Shown here: positions 43,616 through 53,935 of the stretch, piece by piece | Layout: each line of letters opens with the position of its first letter | Position numbering within the stretch: position 1 is the stretch's first letter | Origin: Anaerovorax odorimutans | GTDB lineage: Bacteria; Bacillota; Clostridia; Peptostreptococcales; JAAYPU01 | Length of the DNA: 64,000 nucleotides | Direction: 5' to 3' | Assembly: GCA_016841185.1 (NCBI GenBank) | Contig: JAENZQ010000001.1 | Location: forward strand, 10,364-74,363 | The notes under the pieces: generated by a model | What the model was told of the DNA's origin: nothing | Database searches by the model: none | The model's input: only the letters and a program-made list of their open reading frames with translations | Program-made: the position numbers and the translations under genes

Positions 43616-44782
43616 TCATTCACATTTCATCAGTTGTTGATACAGTCTCTGATAATTTCCAGCTATTACTTTTGTATCTAAAACTGTTTTAGCAAATTCA
43701 ATACATTTTTCTCTTTTTACTTGCTTTAGCTGTTGAAAATTACGGCTTTTATTTTTATAGATAATACCCTTTTCATTAATGATTTCACAGATGCCTTTCA
43801 TACTGTCATTAATGATAACCGGCAATCCACATGCCATATATTCTGAAAATTTGACCGGAAATGAAACCCTGTTGACAATATCATCTTTTCTGACTAATAA
43901 ACCTACATCACTTGCAGATAAATATTTATCCACATCCTTATTCGCCACATTCTTTACGATAATATCTTCGGGCTTCAGACCATAAGCCGAAAAATCCACC
44001 TCATTGTCCCTGGTCAGAATAATAAATAAAGTATTTTTAAAATGATTTTTTAGATCGGTATACATCTGAGAAATCTGATCAAAACTTTGCCATTTATCAA
44101 GAATGCTTCCATTGAACACCACGACATACTTTTCCTTGCAATTAAATTCTTCTCTTATACTTTGTCTCCATTTTTCAGAATAACCGAAATTATTCATATC
44201 CACACAATTATAAACTACTTTAACTTTCTCATGCATACATTGGTATTTGCTAATAACATATTCCTTGAAATATTTTGTAACGGTTACAATTGCATGGGAA
44301 TTTTTAACATTGTATGACTCAATAATACTCCATATAAAATATTCTATATAATTAATCGGCTTTTTCTTATTAATTTTACATTCATTTGGGTATACTCCCC
44401 GCATATCAAAAATAACTTTTTCTTTTTTACTACTCAAATTTGCTGCCAATGTCATTGCATACCCGCGGCAATGTATTATATCAGTCGGATTTTCTGACAA
44501 ATACTTTTTTACCCAATAATAGACCCTATTGAAACCCGTATATATGTTTTTTTCTTTTAAAGATAACGGAATAAAACGAATACCAAAACTCTGCAAATCT
44601 TTTTTATACAGTTCTATTTCCTCATGGGAGATATTCATTTGACTGTTATACACCATAATCCAAGTTATACTATTTTTATCTGACAATACTTTCAGCAGCT
44701 GTTCAACTTGAGTGATTATAATTGCCTTATTCCCTCTAAAAGGATTTTCTTGATATGTAAGATATAAAATATTATGCATCAT
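43616..44782 (-). CDS. Glycosyltransferase (group 1-like)
   Basis: 388 aa. C-terminal ..PVKFSEYMACGLPVIIND.. resembles the GT-B E-x7-E region. Lies within the EPS operon. Confidence 0.6.
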   Translation of the reverse strand: MMHNILYLTYQENPFRGNKAIIITQVEQLLKVLSDKNSITWIMVYNSQMNISHEEIELYKKDLQSFGIRFIPLSLKEKNIYTGFNRVYYWVKKYLSENPTDIIHCRGYAMTLAANLSSKKEKVIFDMRGVYPNECKINKKKPINYIEYFIWSIIESYNVKNSHAIVTVTKYFKEYVISKYQCMHEKVKVVYNCVDMNNFGYSEKWRQSIREEFNCKEKYVVVFNGSILDKWQSFDQISQMYTDLKNHFKNTLFIILTRDNEVDFSAYGLKPEDIIVKNVANKDVDKYLSASDVGLLVRKDDIVNRVSFPVKFSEYMACGLPVIINDSMKGICEIINEKGIIYKNKSRNFQQLKQVKREKCIEFAKTVLDTKVIAGNYQRLYQQLMKCE

Positions 44783-46249
44783 TTACTTCACCTTCTCCGA
44801 AACTTCTTCACTTTCCATAGGTATACGAAATATATTTTTTTTATATAAAACAGAATAATATTTTATTACCAATCCAGCAATAATCCAAAACACAGGTCCC
44901 ATATTTAAATTAAATAATACATGAGCAGAATTAAATAAGTAGAATATATAATAGACCAATAAATAGAAAAATGTTTTGTACCTTTGATCAATCTTCATAA
45001 TCCTTATTGATTTCATGAGTAAAATAATGTAGAAAACAATTAAAAGAATTGTGCCGAATACACCAAACTCAGGTAATATCTTTGCAATAAAGCTATCTGT
45101 AGTTGATAACCTTTCAAATTGTTTGATTCCGTACTTATTAAAAAGGTGATAGTTTTCGAGTTCATTGATCCACTGAGTTCCATAACGGTCAAATCCAATG
45201 CCGAAAAACGGATGATCTCTAAAAATATCAATACCATGAATAACATAGTAAATTCTGGGGGCCTTTTCAGGCATACTGTATTCTTCTATTGAATTTATGA
45301 TGTACTCGTTGATATTGATGCCCATTCCAAAGTTTATAAAAACATAAATTAATACCAATATCAGTGAATATCTCATAAGTTTTAATATTTTTTTAATGTT
45401 ATCAATGAATAATATTATTATTACTAATAAAAGCGCAAGTCTGGATTGTGAGAGTAATATATTAAGTATGCAGAAAAAACTGATCAAATAAAAAAAATTG
45501 TATTTTAAATGTTTTCCGGAAAAGTAATAAATAATAAAAAATAGACCACTGAATGCTCCAAGTTCCGTAGGCCAAGGAAATACACCAATACATCTGATCA
45601 AATCATTTCTAAAACTGTAAAAATATCCGCCCACAAACGGAGATAAGAAAGGGTCTCCAAAAATAAATTGCAAAATACAGATAACTGTATTAGATATAAT
45701 AAAAATAGAGAATAATTTAAGAATCTTAATAAAAACTTCATAATCGATTTTAGAAAAATAAATGATTAAGGAAATAACAAAATATCGCAAATAGAAATTT
45801 GTAGATAACAAATACACCTTGAATTCGTATTGGAATTGAAAATATGTTATTAAATTACCAATACATAGCATTATTATAATAACAGTTTCCGGAAGGATCC
45901 CTTTAATCTCTTTCTTCCGTTTAAGTAAAAAAACATTCATAATGAATAAGAGTGCTAAAAAGGCATTTTCCACATAAATCAACCGTGAGCCAAGGTTTTG
46001 TACAGCGACAAATTGGTTCTCTAAAATATAAATGATAATCGGTACAAATAAAAGATATCCAAGTGTAATATATTTTAAATCCAACAGAATTACTAATATG
46101 AATGCACATAATAGTACCATTAACACTACAGGAAATAAAAGTAATCTGTCTTTAAGCATAAAAAATGTTACAGCTGCGATTTCCAATATTATACCTGAAA
46201 TCACTACCATAAATACTTTAAATTTGTAGCTTCTAATCAACGCGCCCAT
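44783..46249 (-). CDS. Wzy-type polysaccharide polymerase / O-antigen ligase-like membrane protein
   Basis: 488 aa, highly hydrophobic with many predicted TM segments, in an EPS locus that also has Wzx, Wzz and CpsD. Confidence 0.65.
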   Translation of the reverse strand: MGALIRSYKFKVFMVVISGIILEIAAVTFFMLKDRLLLFPVVLMVLLCAFILVILLDLKYITLGYLLFVPIIIYILENQFVAVQNLGSRLIYVENAFLALLFIMNVFLLKRKKEIKGILPETVIIIMLCIGNLITYFQFQYEFKVYLLSTNFYLRYFVISLIIYFSKIDYEVFIKILKLFSIFIISNTVICILQFIFGDPFLSPFVGGYFYSFRNDLIRCIGVFPWPTELGAFSGLFFIIYYFSGKHLKYNFFYLISFFCILNILLSQSRLALLLVIIILFIDNIKKILKLMRYSLILVLIYVFINFGMGININEYIINSIEEYSMPEKAPRIYYVIHGIDIFRDHPFFGIGFDRYGTQWINELENYHLFNKYGIKQFERLSTTDSFIAKILPEFGVFGTILLIVFYIILLMKSIRIMKIDQRYKTFFYLLVYYIFYLFNSAHVLFNLNMGPVFWIIAGLVIKYYSVLYKKNIFRIPMESEEVSEKVK

Positions 46250-46280
46250 TTTCTTATCCCCTTAGAAACAATACTATTTC

Positions 46281-47438
46281 TCAATCCAGAAACTGATCAT
46301 AAATTTTTTCCTGAATAAGAATTTGATTTTTAATATTATAATTTTCCTCTATATGCCTTCTTCCTGCCTCACCCATTTTATTCCATATATCAGGGTTGTC
46401 TATTAAATATTTCATTCTTTCTGCTAACTCAGAAATATTCCGCTCTTCTGTCAGCAAGCCGGTTTCCCCTTCAATTAATACACTGGGAATATCACAATGC
46501 CAAGTAGAAATCACCGGCATGCCTGCAGCGCTCATTTCAATAATACTTACAGGGGCTCCTCCTTCATTATCGCCATCAAAAGCCTGTACACTGGGAGAAA
46601 CGAAAATATGATGATTTTCTGCTTCTTTTAACATGTCTTCATAAGACAGATACCCCATCATCCTTACAAAAGATTCTATTTTGTAATGCTTAATAATATC
46701 AATAATCTGTTGTTTAACAACTTTTTCTTTCTCTAAATTAGCGTCTCCAATAATCGTAAGTCTGTATTTGCAATAACTGCTATCACATAGTTTGGCAAAT
46801 GCTTCAACTGCATATGGAATTCCTTTCTTTTCTCTGAAAGTGCCGCAAATCAAAAATTTAATCAGGCCATCTTCATTAATATTCCTAGGAATATATCTTA
46901 CCTTTTCTAAATCAATTCCAAGATGATGCACTTGGATTTTTTCTTCCTTGCACCCTAAGTCCACCAAAGATTGCTTCATGTATTCTCCTTCCACAGTAAA
47001 TAAATCGCTTTTTTCAAATAGTACTTTATACTTTTTCCTCCAGCTCTTCTCTTTTGGCAACAGCGATATATCATATCCATAAAACGTTGTGATTTGAGGA
47101 ATATTCATCTTAGTTTTTGCAGGAATATCCTTCCATCCTATATTTCCAAAATGAGAATGGATCAAAGATACATTTTTTTCTCTTATTTTAGAAATTACAA
47201 AAGGAGAATAGTTATCATATATCTTATTATATACCTTTATACAAAACTTCTTAAGATCATTCAAATCATTAATGCAATATATATTTTCAAAAGGAAAAAT
47301 ATCCAAATTTTCTATGTTATCCGTAACAACAATTGAATCGTACTTCTTTATTCCCCTCAGTTGTGAATACAACCAGCTTCCGGTAATAAACAAATAAGGG
47401 TATATCGAATGCGCTATCACTTTCTTCATTTTCATCAC
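46281..47438 (-). CDS. Glycosyltransferase family 4 (WcaL-like)
   Basis: ..GTFREKKGIPYAVEAF.. and ..GDNEGGAPVSIIEMSAAGMPVISTWHCDIPSVLIEG.. (E-x7-E region). Confidence 0.75.
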   Translation of the reverse strand: MMKMKKVIAHSIYPYLFITGSWLYSQLRGIKKYDSIVVTDNIENLDIFPFENIYCINDLNDLKKFCIKVYNKIYDNYSPFVISKIREKNVSLIHSHFGNIGWKDIPAKTKMNIPQITTFYGYDISLLPKEKSWRKKYKVLFEKSDLFTVEGEYMKQSLVDLGCKEEKIQVHHLGIDLEKVRYIPRNINEDGLIKFLICGTFREKKGIPYAVEAFAKLCDSSYCKYRLTIIGDANLEKEKVVKQQIIDIIKHYKIESFVRMMGYLSYEDMLKEAENHHIFVSPSVQAFDGDNEGGAPVSIIEMSAAGMPVISTWHCDIPSVLIEGETGLLTEERNISELAERMKYLIDNPDIWNKMGEAGRRHIEENYNIKNQILIQEKIYDQFLD

Positions 47439-47447
47439 CCTGCTTAT

Positions 47448-49253
47448 TTATGCATCCTCCCACTTTTTATATTGATTATTGAAAACTTGCTGGAGCCATA
47501 TTTCAAAGGTAAGGTAGCGGCAAAGCATATCTGAACGATCTGTTCTATTCATTAACTGATTCCAATCATTTACCACCATTTCCTCATCTATATAATGTTT
47601 ATATAATGCCGACGGATTAAACAATAGCTTCTGATAAAACCTTCCGGCCGGTTCCTGTTTTATTAATTCAGGATAATTACAAATCCCTATTCCCAATGGA
47701 TGCTTATATCCAAAGCGGCACATTGTTTGATTTAATTTACGCTTTACCTTCTTCTGCATCTGAATACTGAATGCTAAAAATCCAGAACAACTTATCGGCA
47801 TCCCTGTATGGCTCCAAGCAATACGATCAAAATAATCCGGATATGTTTTCAAGAGAACTTTAAAATAAAAACTCCAATTATATTTCATTGCTTCAGGTAA
47901 TGCTAAAACAAACTCGACAAAATCATTATCAAAAAAAGGCATTCGATTGTGTACGAATGTTGAAGACAACCTTATACCTTCATTGGAAAATCTTCTGCTT
48001 TCATTCTCCAGAAAAAAATAATTATATTTGTTCAAATTTTCAAACTCACTGATATCACCCAATAGATCTTCGTCAACATGATAACATCTTGCTAAAAAAT
48101 TTTTCTTTATAGGTTTATCAAATTCTTTTCTTTTTTCTCCTAAATTGAATTCTGAAATATATGCATCTGATATCGTCGCACTTCCAATACCATTAAGCGC
48201 AATGTCAAATAACCCTTGCATTGCACTTTGTGCATCTATCAGATGCATATGATACATATTTTTAAGACCGTCTGTTCGCCATATTCCCTCTAAACGATTC
48301 TGAAGCCAATTCTCACTGTCAATGTAATATTCGTGGTGCTTTACGCCTTTAATTTTTGCCGCCTTTCTTGCAAGTAAAATATCGACACTGTCTCTTTGTC
48401 CAAAAGTTATTGTTTCTAACGGATACCCGCAATCCGGCATAGCAGCAAGAACAAATCTGGAATCCAGCCCTCCGCTCAACGGAATGCCGACCTTTCCCGG
48501 TCCTTTACATCTTTTTTTTACGGCATTTATAAAAAGTCTTCCGGCTTCTTCGGACAGTTCATTTTCATTTTCTTTTCCCGTATAAGGTGTGATTTTGTCC
48601 CACCACCAATACCGGAATACATCCTTCTTCTTTTCACGGATATCCCATGATAAAACTGTTCCTGTAGGTAGCAGCTCTACACCCTTAAACCATGTCCGAT
48701 TTCTAAGAATAAACCCTATATGAATAAATTCTTTTACGGCCTGCTCATCAATTTGGGGTTTGAAAAATGGCATTTCCAGCATGATCTTTAATTCCGATCC
48801 CCATACAAGACAGCCATTCTGAACAGACCAGAACAGATATCGATATCCATATCTGTCAGTTATCAAATGTACTTTCTTATTTATCGAATCATAAATCACA
48901 GCACTGTAAATACCGTCGATATCTTGTAAAAAATTGAAGTTTGAATTATTACAATAGCATTTAATAAGTATTTCCATATCTGTGTCTGCTTCTATTTTTT
49001 CTTTTGATATAATCTGTTCCTGATTATATAACTCGCCATCCAGCCATATATACAACCCATTATGAAGGAAAGGCTGCACTTCTTCGTTTATTACATTGCC
49101 GCATATTCTGCCGCAGGATACTTTTTCATCCAGAAACACGCCATTACTTGTATGTCGATCATTATAAGTTATTTGATCCATCATTTTTGATATAATTGAA
49201 TTTCTTGCCTCCGAATTGTATTCTAATCCTGCAAAACCAATAAGTCCGGGCAT
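47448..49253 (-). CDS. Asparagine synthetase B-like amidotransferase lacking the N-terminal Cys nucleophile
   Basis: ATG at 49253 (GGGGGAGG RBS; TAATG overlap with the wzx stop). The protein starts MPGLIGFAG (Pro where class II amidotransferases have Cys2). PP-loop ..GIPLSGGLDSR.. is present. Confidence 0.8.
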   Translation of the reverse strand: MPGLIGFAGLEYNSEARNSIISKMMDQITYNDRHTSNGVFLDEKVSCGRICGNVINEEVQPFLHNGLYIWLDGELYNQEQIISKEKIEADTDMEILIKCYCNNSNFNFLQDIDGIYSAVIYDSINKKVHLITDRYGYRYLFWSVQNGCLVWGSELKIMLEMPFFKPQIDEQAVKEFIHIGFILRNRTWFKGVELLPTGTVLSWDIREKKKDVFRYWWWDKITPYTGKENENELSEEAGRLFINAVKKRCKGPGKVGIPLSGGLDSRFVLAAMPDCGYPLETITFGQRDSVDILLARKAAKIKGVKHHEYYIDSENWLQNRLEGIWRTDGLKNMYHMHLIDAQSAMQGLFDIALNGIGSATISDAYISEFNLGEKRKEFDKPIKKNFLARCYHVDEDLLGDISEFENLNKYNYFFLENESRRFSNEGIRLSSTFVHNRMPFFDNDFVEFVLALPEAMKYNWSFYFKVLLKTYPDYFDRIAWSHTGMPISCSGFLAFSIQMQKKVKRKLNQTMCRFGYKHPLGIGICNYPELIKQEPAGRFYQKLLFNPSALYKHYIDEEMVVNDWNQLMNRTDRSDMLCRYLTFEIWLQQVFNNQYKKWEDA

Positions 49254-50725
49254 TAAATCCTCCCCCTTTTCGTAGTGATAATTCCCCACAATTCTTTACA
49301 ATATGATTTTTCAAACATAAAAATCAGGAGAAAATAGCAAACTCCTCCGGATATTATTAAGACAGTAAACATAAAAATACTGTTTATGTCTGATAATTCC
49401 AATAAGATATAAAGTATAAACGTCACGATACCCATGACAATGCTGTATTCCGCAGGCTTTATAATAGCCTTCAAATATTGCATTATTTTAAGGCCTGTTA
49501 AATATCTGATAATAAAAAGACCTATAACAAAGTTTGTAATACTCAATACGGTATATGATACGACTAATAAAATAACACCTGACTGAACTGCCAGATATAA
49601 AACAATAGCACTTATTACAAAAACGGTCATATTCCAGTAAAATCCAATATCTGCTCTGCCTTTTGCCAGCTCAATGGTTCCTACAGGGTTACAAAGCGCT
49701 TTAAAAATACCTAAAATTACCATGATCTGTATCAAAATGATCGTATTGGACCATTTCCCTCCAAATAACAGAGGTACTGCTACAGGCGATACTACTGCTA
49801 TACCTACTAAAGCAGGGATTATAATATGTGCTATCAACCTGCTTAACTCAATATAGCCTTTATTCAATACATGGTTCTCTGTCTGTTTTTTTGAAAACAC
49901 AGGAAAAGCAACTTTGGTCAATATTGGATTTATTTTTGTCAGAGGCATAAGAACCAGCTGATATGCAAAAAAATATTCTCCAAGAATCTTTGCCCCTAAA
50001 AATCTGCCAATTAGTATATAGTCGAGATTCCCGGCAAAATAATCAATACTTCTTTCTCCCATTTGAAACAGCCCAAATCTTAATATTTCTTTTAGATTAT
50101 TAAAACTCAGATATAATTTCGGTTTATATATATTCAACCCAATTACCAGAACAATGATCATTCTCACTGTTGTATTAATGATTTGCCCAATAATTAATGA
50201 AAACACGCCATAGCCTTGAAATGCAAAAATAATTGAACTTGCTGTCCCTATGATTACAGATATAATTTCGGCAAATGATAGTTTGTCGAAGATTAGCTCT
50301 TTTTCCAGAATCACTTGGAACTGCTGCCCGATAGCAGTGATTGGAAAAATAACACTGGTATATACCAGCAATTTAACTAATCGGCTTTCATTATAAAAAG
50401 AAGCCACTAAAGGAGCTATCCCTATTACAATTCCCATCATGATAATACTAACCAAAATATTGATCCAATACAGGCTTGAAAGCTGCTCACGACTGATATC
50501 CTGTTTATAAATAATGGCCTTGGAAATACCAATATCGGAAAAAACTAAAGCAAAATTAATGGCTACCATTATCATGCTCATTAATCCAAAATCAGAAGGC
50601 TCTAAAAGCCTGCCCAGAACGGTAATCCTGAGAAACAATAAAAAAGTAACAATTACATTTGATACTCCGACCCACTTAGCACCTGAAATTGCTTGCTGTT
50701 TTAAGTTTGGCGGCTGATTTTCCAT
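49253..50725 (-). CDS. Wzx-type polysaccharide flippase (MOP/PST family)
   Basis: 490 aa polytopic membrane protein. N-terminus ..QQAISGAKWVGVSNVIVTFLLFLRITVLGRLLEPSDFGL.. is typical of PST-family flippases. Confidence 0.8.
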   Translation of the reverse strand: MENQPPNLKQQAISGAKWVGVSNVIVTFLLFLRITVLGRLLEPSDFGLMSMIMVAINFALVFSDIGISKAIIYKQDISREQLSSLYWINILVSIIMMGIVIGIAPLVASFYNESRLVKLLVYTSVIFPITAIGQQFQVILEKELIFDKLSFAEIISVIIGTASSIIFAFQGYGVFSLIIGQIINTTVRMIIVLVIGLNIYKPKLYLSFNNLKEILRFGLFQMGERSIDYFAGNLDYILIGRFLGAKILGEYFFAYQLVLMPLTKINPILTKVAFPVFSKKQTENHVLNKGYIELSRLIAHIIIPALVGIAVVSPVAVPLLFGGKWSNTIILIQIMVILGIFKALCNPVGTIELAKGRADIGFYWNMTVFVISAIVLYLAVQSGVILLVVSYTVLSITNFVIGLFIIRYLTGLKIMQYLKAIIKPAEYSIVMGIVTFILYILLELSDINSIFMFTVLIISGGVCYFLLIFMFEKSYCKELWGIITTKRGRI

Positions 50726-50773
50726 AGAAAGATACTCCTTTTACCCGTACTATTCCAATTCTAATGATAGTTC

Positions 50774-51499
50774 TTATTCATGTTGAGAAGTCCTTTCCTT
50801 TTGTTCTACTTTAAATCTATTTCCAATTCTTTTCCCCGGATAGCCTTCAATAAGTGAATTCTCTTCATAAATCCCGGAAGCAACAGAATTAATCTTCAAC
50901 ATGGAATTTTTCCGTATTAGAGTACCGGGCAATACCATAGCATTTGTTGCAAGACTCGCATTATCTTCAAGGACCACAGCCCCTTCGATGATACACTGCT
51001 TTTCCTGAGGAACCATAGTCCCACCGGCAAAACCGGTATCTTTGCGATCCTTCATTGAACGATAGTGATGAGAAAAAGCATAGATTTTGCATCCTGATCC
51101 CATGCCATGATTATTTCCTATATAAACACCTGAAGAAATACCGCTGATTATGGATCCTACTCCAATATGCGCATTATCCCCAATAATAACTTCTGCTTTT
51201 TTAACCAAATCGCTCTTAAACCTTTGCACAAAGTGCTTTTCTCTGTTGGAATTATCTTCACCGGCCATTATAATTACATTTCTGTCAATCCAGCAGTGAT
51301 TCCCTATTGAAATAAATTCAGGGTTTTTGAACAGCACGCCTACATCAATCAATACATCTTTACCCAGATATTTTAATTTAGGGCGGTAATAATAATATCG
51401 AAGTTTGTATCCTAATTCTCCAGGCCAATATGTGATTATCATCAAATATAAATCACCAAATGCTTTAAAAAAATATTTTATTATTTTCAATATTTTCAT
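50774..51499 (-). CDS. Left-handed beta-helix acyl/acetyltransferase
   Basis: ATG at 51499 overlaps the upstream stop (ATGA). Hexapeptide-like repeats ..IGDNAHIGVGSIISG..VYIGNNHGMGSGCKIY... Confidence 0.65.
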   Translation of the reverse strand: MKILKIIKYFFKAFGDLYLMIITYWPGELGYKLRYYYYRPKLKYLGKDVLIDVGVLFKNPEFISIGNHCWIDRNVIIMAGEDNSNREKHFVQRFKSDLVKKAEVIIGDNAHIGVGSIISGISSGVYIGNNHGMGSGCKIYAFSHHYRSMKDRKDTGFAGGTMVPQEKQCIIEGAVVLEDNASLATNAMVLPGTLIRKNSMLKINSVASGIYEENSLIEGYPGKRIGNRFKVEQKERTSQHE

Positions 51500-52761
51500 C
51501 TGTATTTCCTCCTTAAAGTTGGAAAATTCACACAGCATTTTATTGCTTCAGAAGCATTTAAATAGTCACATGGAACCTTTTTGGGGTGCTCCATTGAAAC
51601 GAACCATACACCTAATTCAACACCCATTTTCCTTGCCCATAAATGATTTTGTTTCATTTCAGGTTTTACCAAAACCGGATATCTTAAATATGTCGGTTCA
51701 GAATAAGGAATGATCTTTAAAGTTCTATATCCGCTTTTTTTAATCCATTTTTCCCACTTCTCTGCTTCTTTTCTTCTTTCCCGTATAAGTGTTCCTAACT
51801 TATTTAATTGATTAATGCCGACTGTTGATAGGGCATTAGGCATCCTTTTAAAATAGCCTGCCGGCATTGATCCATCCATTTCCTGTTTCGTTGTTGATTC
51901 TCTGCTGAACTTACTGCTGTATTCTCTGATCCATGGATTTATCCACCAGCTGTACCGACTTCTATATTTTCTGTAATCCCACAGCAGCTCATTTAAAAAA
52001 AGGTTGATTTCACCGAGATTCGGAAAAGGTGCAGATAACTGTATCTGCTCTATTCTTTCTGTAATATAATCGTGTTTTGAAACAGCAAACCCACCCATTC
52101 TTGTTGAAATCACCTTGGATTGTTCCGTACTAAAAAAAGCGGCATCTCCGTAAGTGCCTACTTGTTTTCCTTTATACTTAGTCCCTAAAGCATGCGCACA
52201 ATCCTCTATAATAGCAATGTTCTTTTCGATTCCTAACTGAATAATCTTTTCATAGTCCCTGCAGACAATCCCAAATAAATGATGAATAATAATAGCTTTC
52301 GTTTTTTCTGTAATTGCTTTTCTGGTTTGTTCATAGTCCAGCCCTAAGGTATCCGTTTCAATATCAGCAAAAACAGGCTTGGCATGTCTGTATCTGACAG
52401 CATTAGGCACAACTACACAAGTATAAGCAGGTAAAATGACTTCGTCTTCTGAACCTATATCGAATGCTTCCAGAATTGAAGATAATGCAACTCTTCCGCC
52501 CAAAAAGCTAACAGCTCTGTCCACTCCGATATATTGGGCAAAAGCATTTTCATATTCTCGTATACTGTCTCCCTCAACCCAATCATTGGGATTCTTGAGT
52601 ATCTCTTTTATCAGTGAAGAATCATCCGCTTGTATTGTAGCCGCATTAAACCCTTCTACTCTTATGGGCATCCTGTAAACAGTTGATTTAACAATAGAGG
52701 CAGCCCATCTCAAAATATTATATATTGTTCTATAAAGTATTTTAAAAACATCAGTATTCAC
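51496..52761 (-). CDS. DegT/DnrJ/EryC1/StrS-family PLP-dependent sugar aminotransferase (second copy)
   Basis: ..FLGGRVALSSILEA..EVILPAYTCVVVPNAV..IIHHLFG..IIEDCAHALG..FFSTEQSKVIS... GTG start overlapping the upstream stop; start uncertain. Confidence 0.75.
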   Translation of the reverse strand: MNTDVFKILYRTIYNILRWAASIVKSTVYRMPIRVEGFNAATIQADDSSLIKEILKNPNDWVEGDSIREYENAFAQYIGVDRAVSFLGGRVALSSILEAFDIGSEDEVILPAYTCVVVPNAVRYRHAKPVFADIETDTLGLDYEQTRKAITEKTKAIIIHHLFGIVCRDYEKIIQLGIEKNIAIIEDCAHALGTKYKGKQVGTYGDAAFFSTEQSKVISTRMGGFAVSKHDYITERIEQIQLSAPFPNLGEINLFLNELLWDYRKYRSRYSWWINPWIREYSSKFSRESTTKQEMDGSMPAGYFKRMPNALSTVGINQLNKLGTLIRERRKEAEKWEKWIKKSGYRTLKIIPYSEPTYLRYPVLVKPEMKQNHLWARKMGVELGVWFVSMEHPKKVPCDYLNASEAIKCCVNFPTLRRKYR

Positions 52762-53921
52762 TTCAATACCTTCTTTACTGCTCTAATAACATCCTGAACA
52801 TCGCTGTCTGTGAGTTTGGGAGACAGAGGAAGCGATACCGTTCTGTCAGAAATATATTCTGCATTGGGAAAATCTCCTCTTTTATAACCATATCTGCTTC
52901 TATAATAAGGATGAAGATGAAGAGCAATATAATGGACACCTGTCCCTATATTTTCCTTATGCAATGCCATCAAAAACTCATCTCTTGACATATTTGCCTT
53001 TTCAATGTCAACAAACAAAGTATATAAATGCAGTGCATGCCTTGTGTTTTCTTCTTCTTCTGCCGGTATAGTAACCGGTAGATTTAAAAAAGCCTGGTTA
53101 TATTGATCCCAAATCTCTTTTCTCCTCTTTGAATATTTTTCGACTAGAGGAAATTGCTTTAGTCCAATTGCAGCCTGCAAATCCGTCATGTTATATTTGT
53201 ATCCGGGATATATAACCTGATAATGCTTATATCCGTCATCCGAAAATCTCTTCCATGCATCCTTACTCATTCCATGAAGACCTAATATTTTGATCTTTGT
53301 TGCATATTCGTCATTATCCGTAATAGCCATACCGCCTTCACCAGTAATGATATTCTTAGTAACATAAAAGCTGAAACAGCCAATGTCTCCAAATGTTCCT
53401 GCTTTTTTACCTTTGTAGGTCGTTTCTATCGCATGTGCACAATCCTCTATTACTTTCAACCTATGTCGTTCGGCTATTTTCATGATTGCATCCATATTAC
53501 AGGGACGGCCTGCAAAATGAACAGGAATAATTACCTTTGTTTTGTTAGTGATCTTTTTCTCAATCTCTTCAGGATCGATGTTCATAGTATCTTTTTCAAC
53601 ATCTGCAAAAACAGGGACACCACCGGCATGTACAATCGAATTTGCCGTCGCACAAAATGTCATGGGAGTTGTTATAACTTCATCACCTGGGTTGATTCCA
53701 ATAGCAAGTAACGCCAAATGCAATCCTGCAGTACAAGAATTAAGCGCCATGGCATGTTTTATATCTTTATATTCAGAAATCATATTTTCAAACTGATTGA
53801 CTCGCGGGCCCGTTCCTATCCAACAGGATTTGATTGTATCAACAACTTCCTCAATTACTTCATCTTCAATCAACGGACTGCCAAATACCAGATAATTCTC
53901 CCGTATTGGTTTCTTCTTCAT
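52758..53921 (-). CDS. DegT/DnrJ/EryC1/StrS-family PLP-dependent sugar aminotransferase
   Basis: ..NSCTAGLHLALLA..EVITTPMTFCATANS..VIPVHFAGRPC..VIEDCAHAIET..CFSFYVTKNIITGEGG.. (PLP lysine context). Confidence 0.85.
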   Translation of the reverse strand: MKKKPIRENYLVFGSPLIEDEVIEEVVDTIKSCWIGTGPRVNQFENMISEYKDIKHAMALNSCTAGLHLALLAIGINPGDEVITTPMTFCATANSIVHAGGVPVFADVEKDTMNIDPEEIEKKITNKTKVIIPVHFAGRPCNMDAIMKIAERHRLKVIEDCAHAIETTYKGKKAGTFGDIGCFSFYVTKNIITGEGGMAITDNDEYATKIKILGLHGMSKDAWKRFSDDGYKHYQVIYPGYKYNMTDLQAAIGLKQFPLVEKYSKRRKEIWDQYNQAFLNLPVTIPAEEEENTRHALHLYTLFVDIEKANMSRDEFLMALHKENIGTGVHYIALHLHPYYRSRYGYKRGDFPNAEYISDRTVSLPLSPKLTDSDVQDVIRAVKKVLK

Positions 53922-53935
53922 AATCTGAACTCCTT

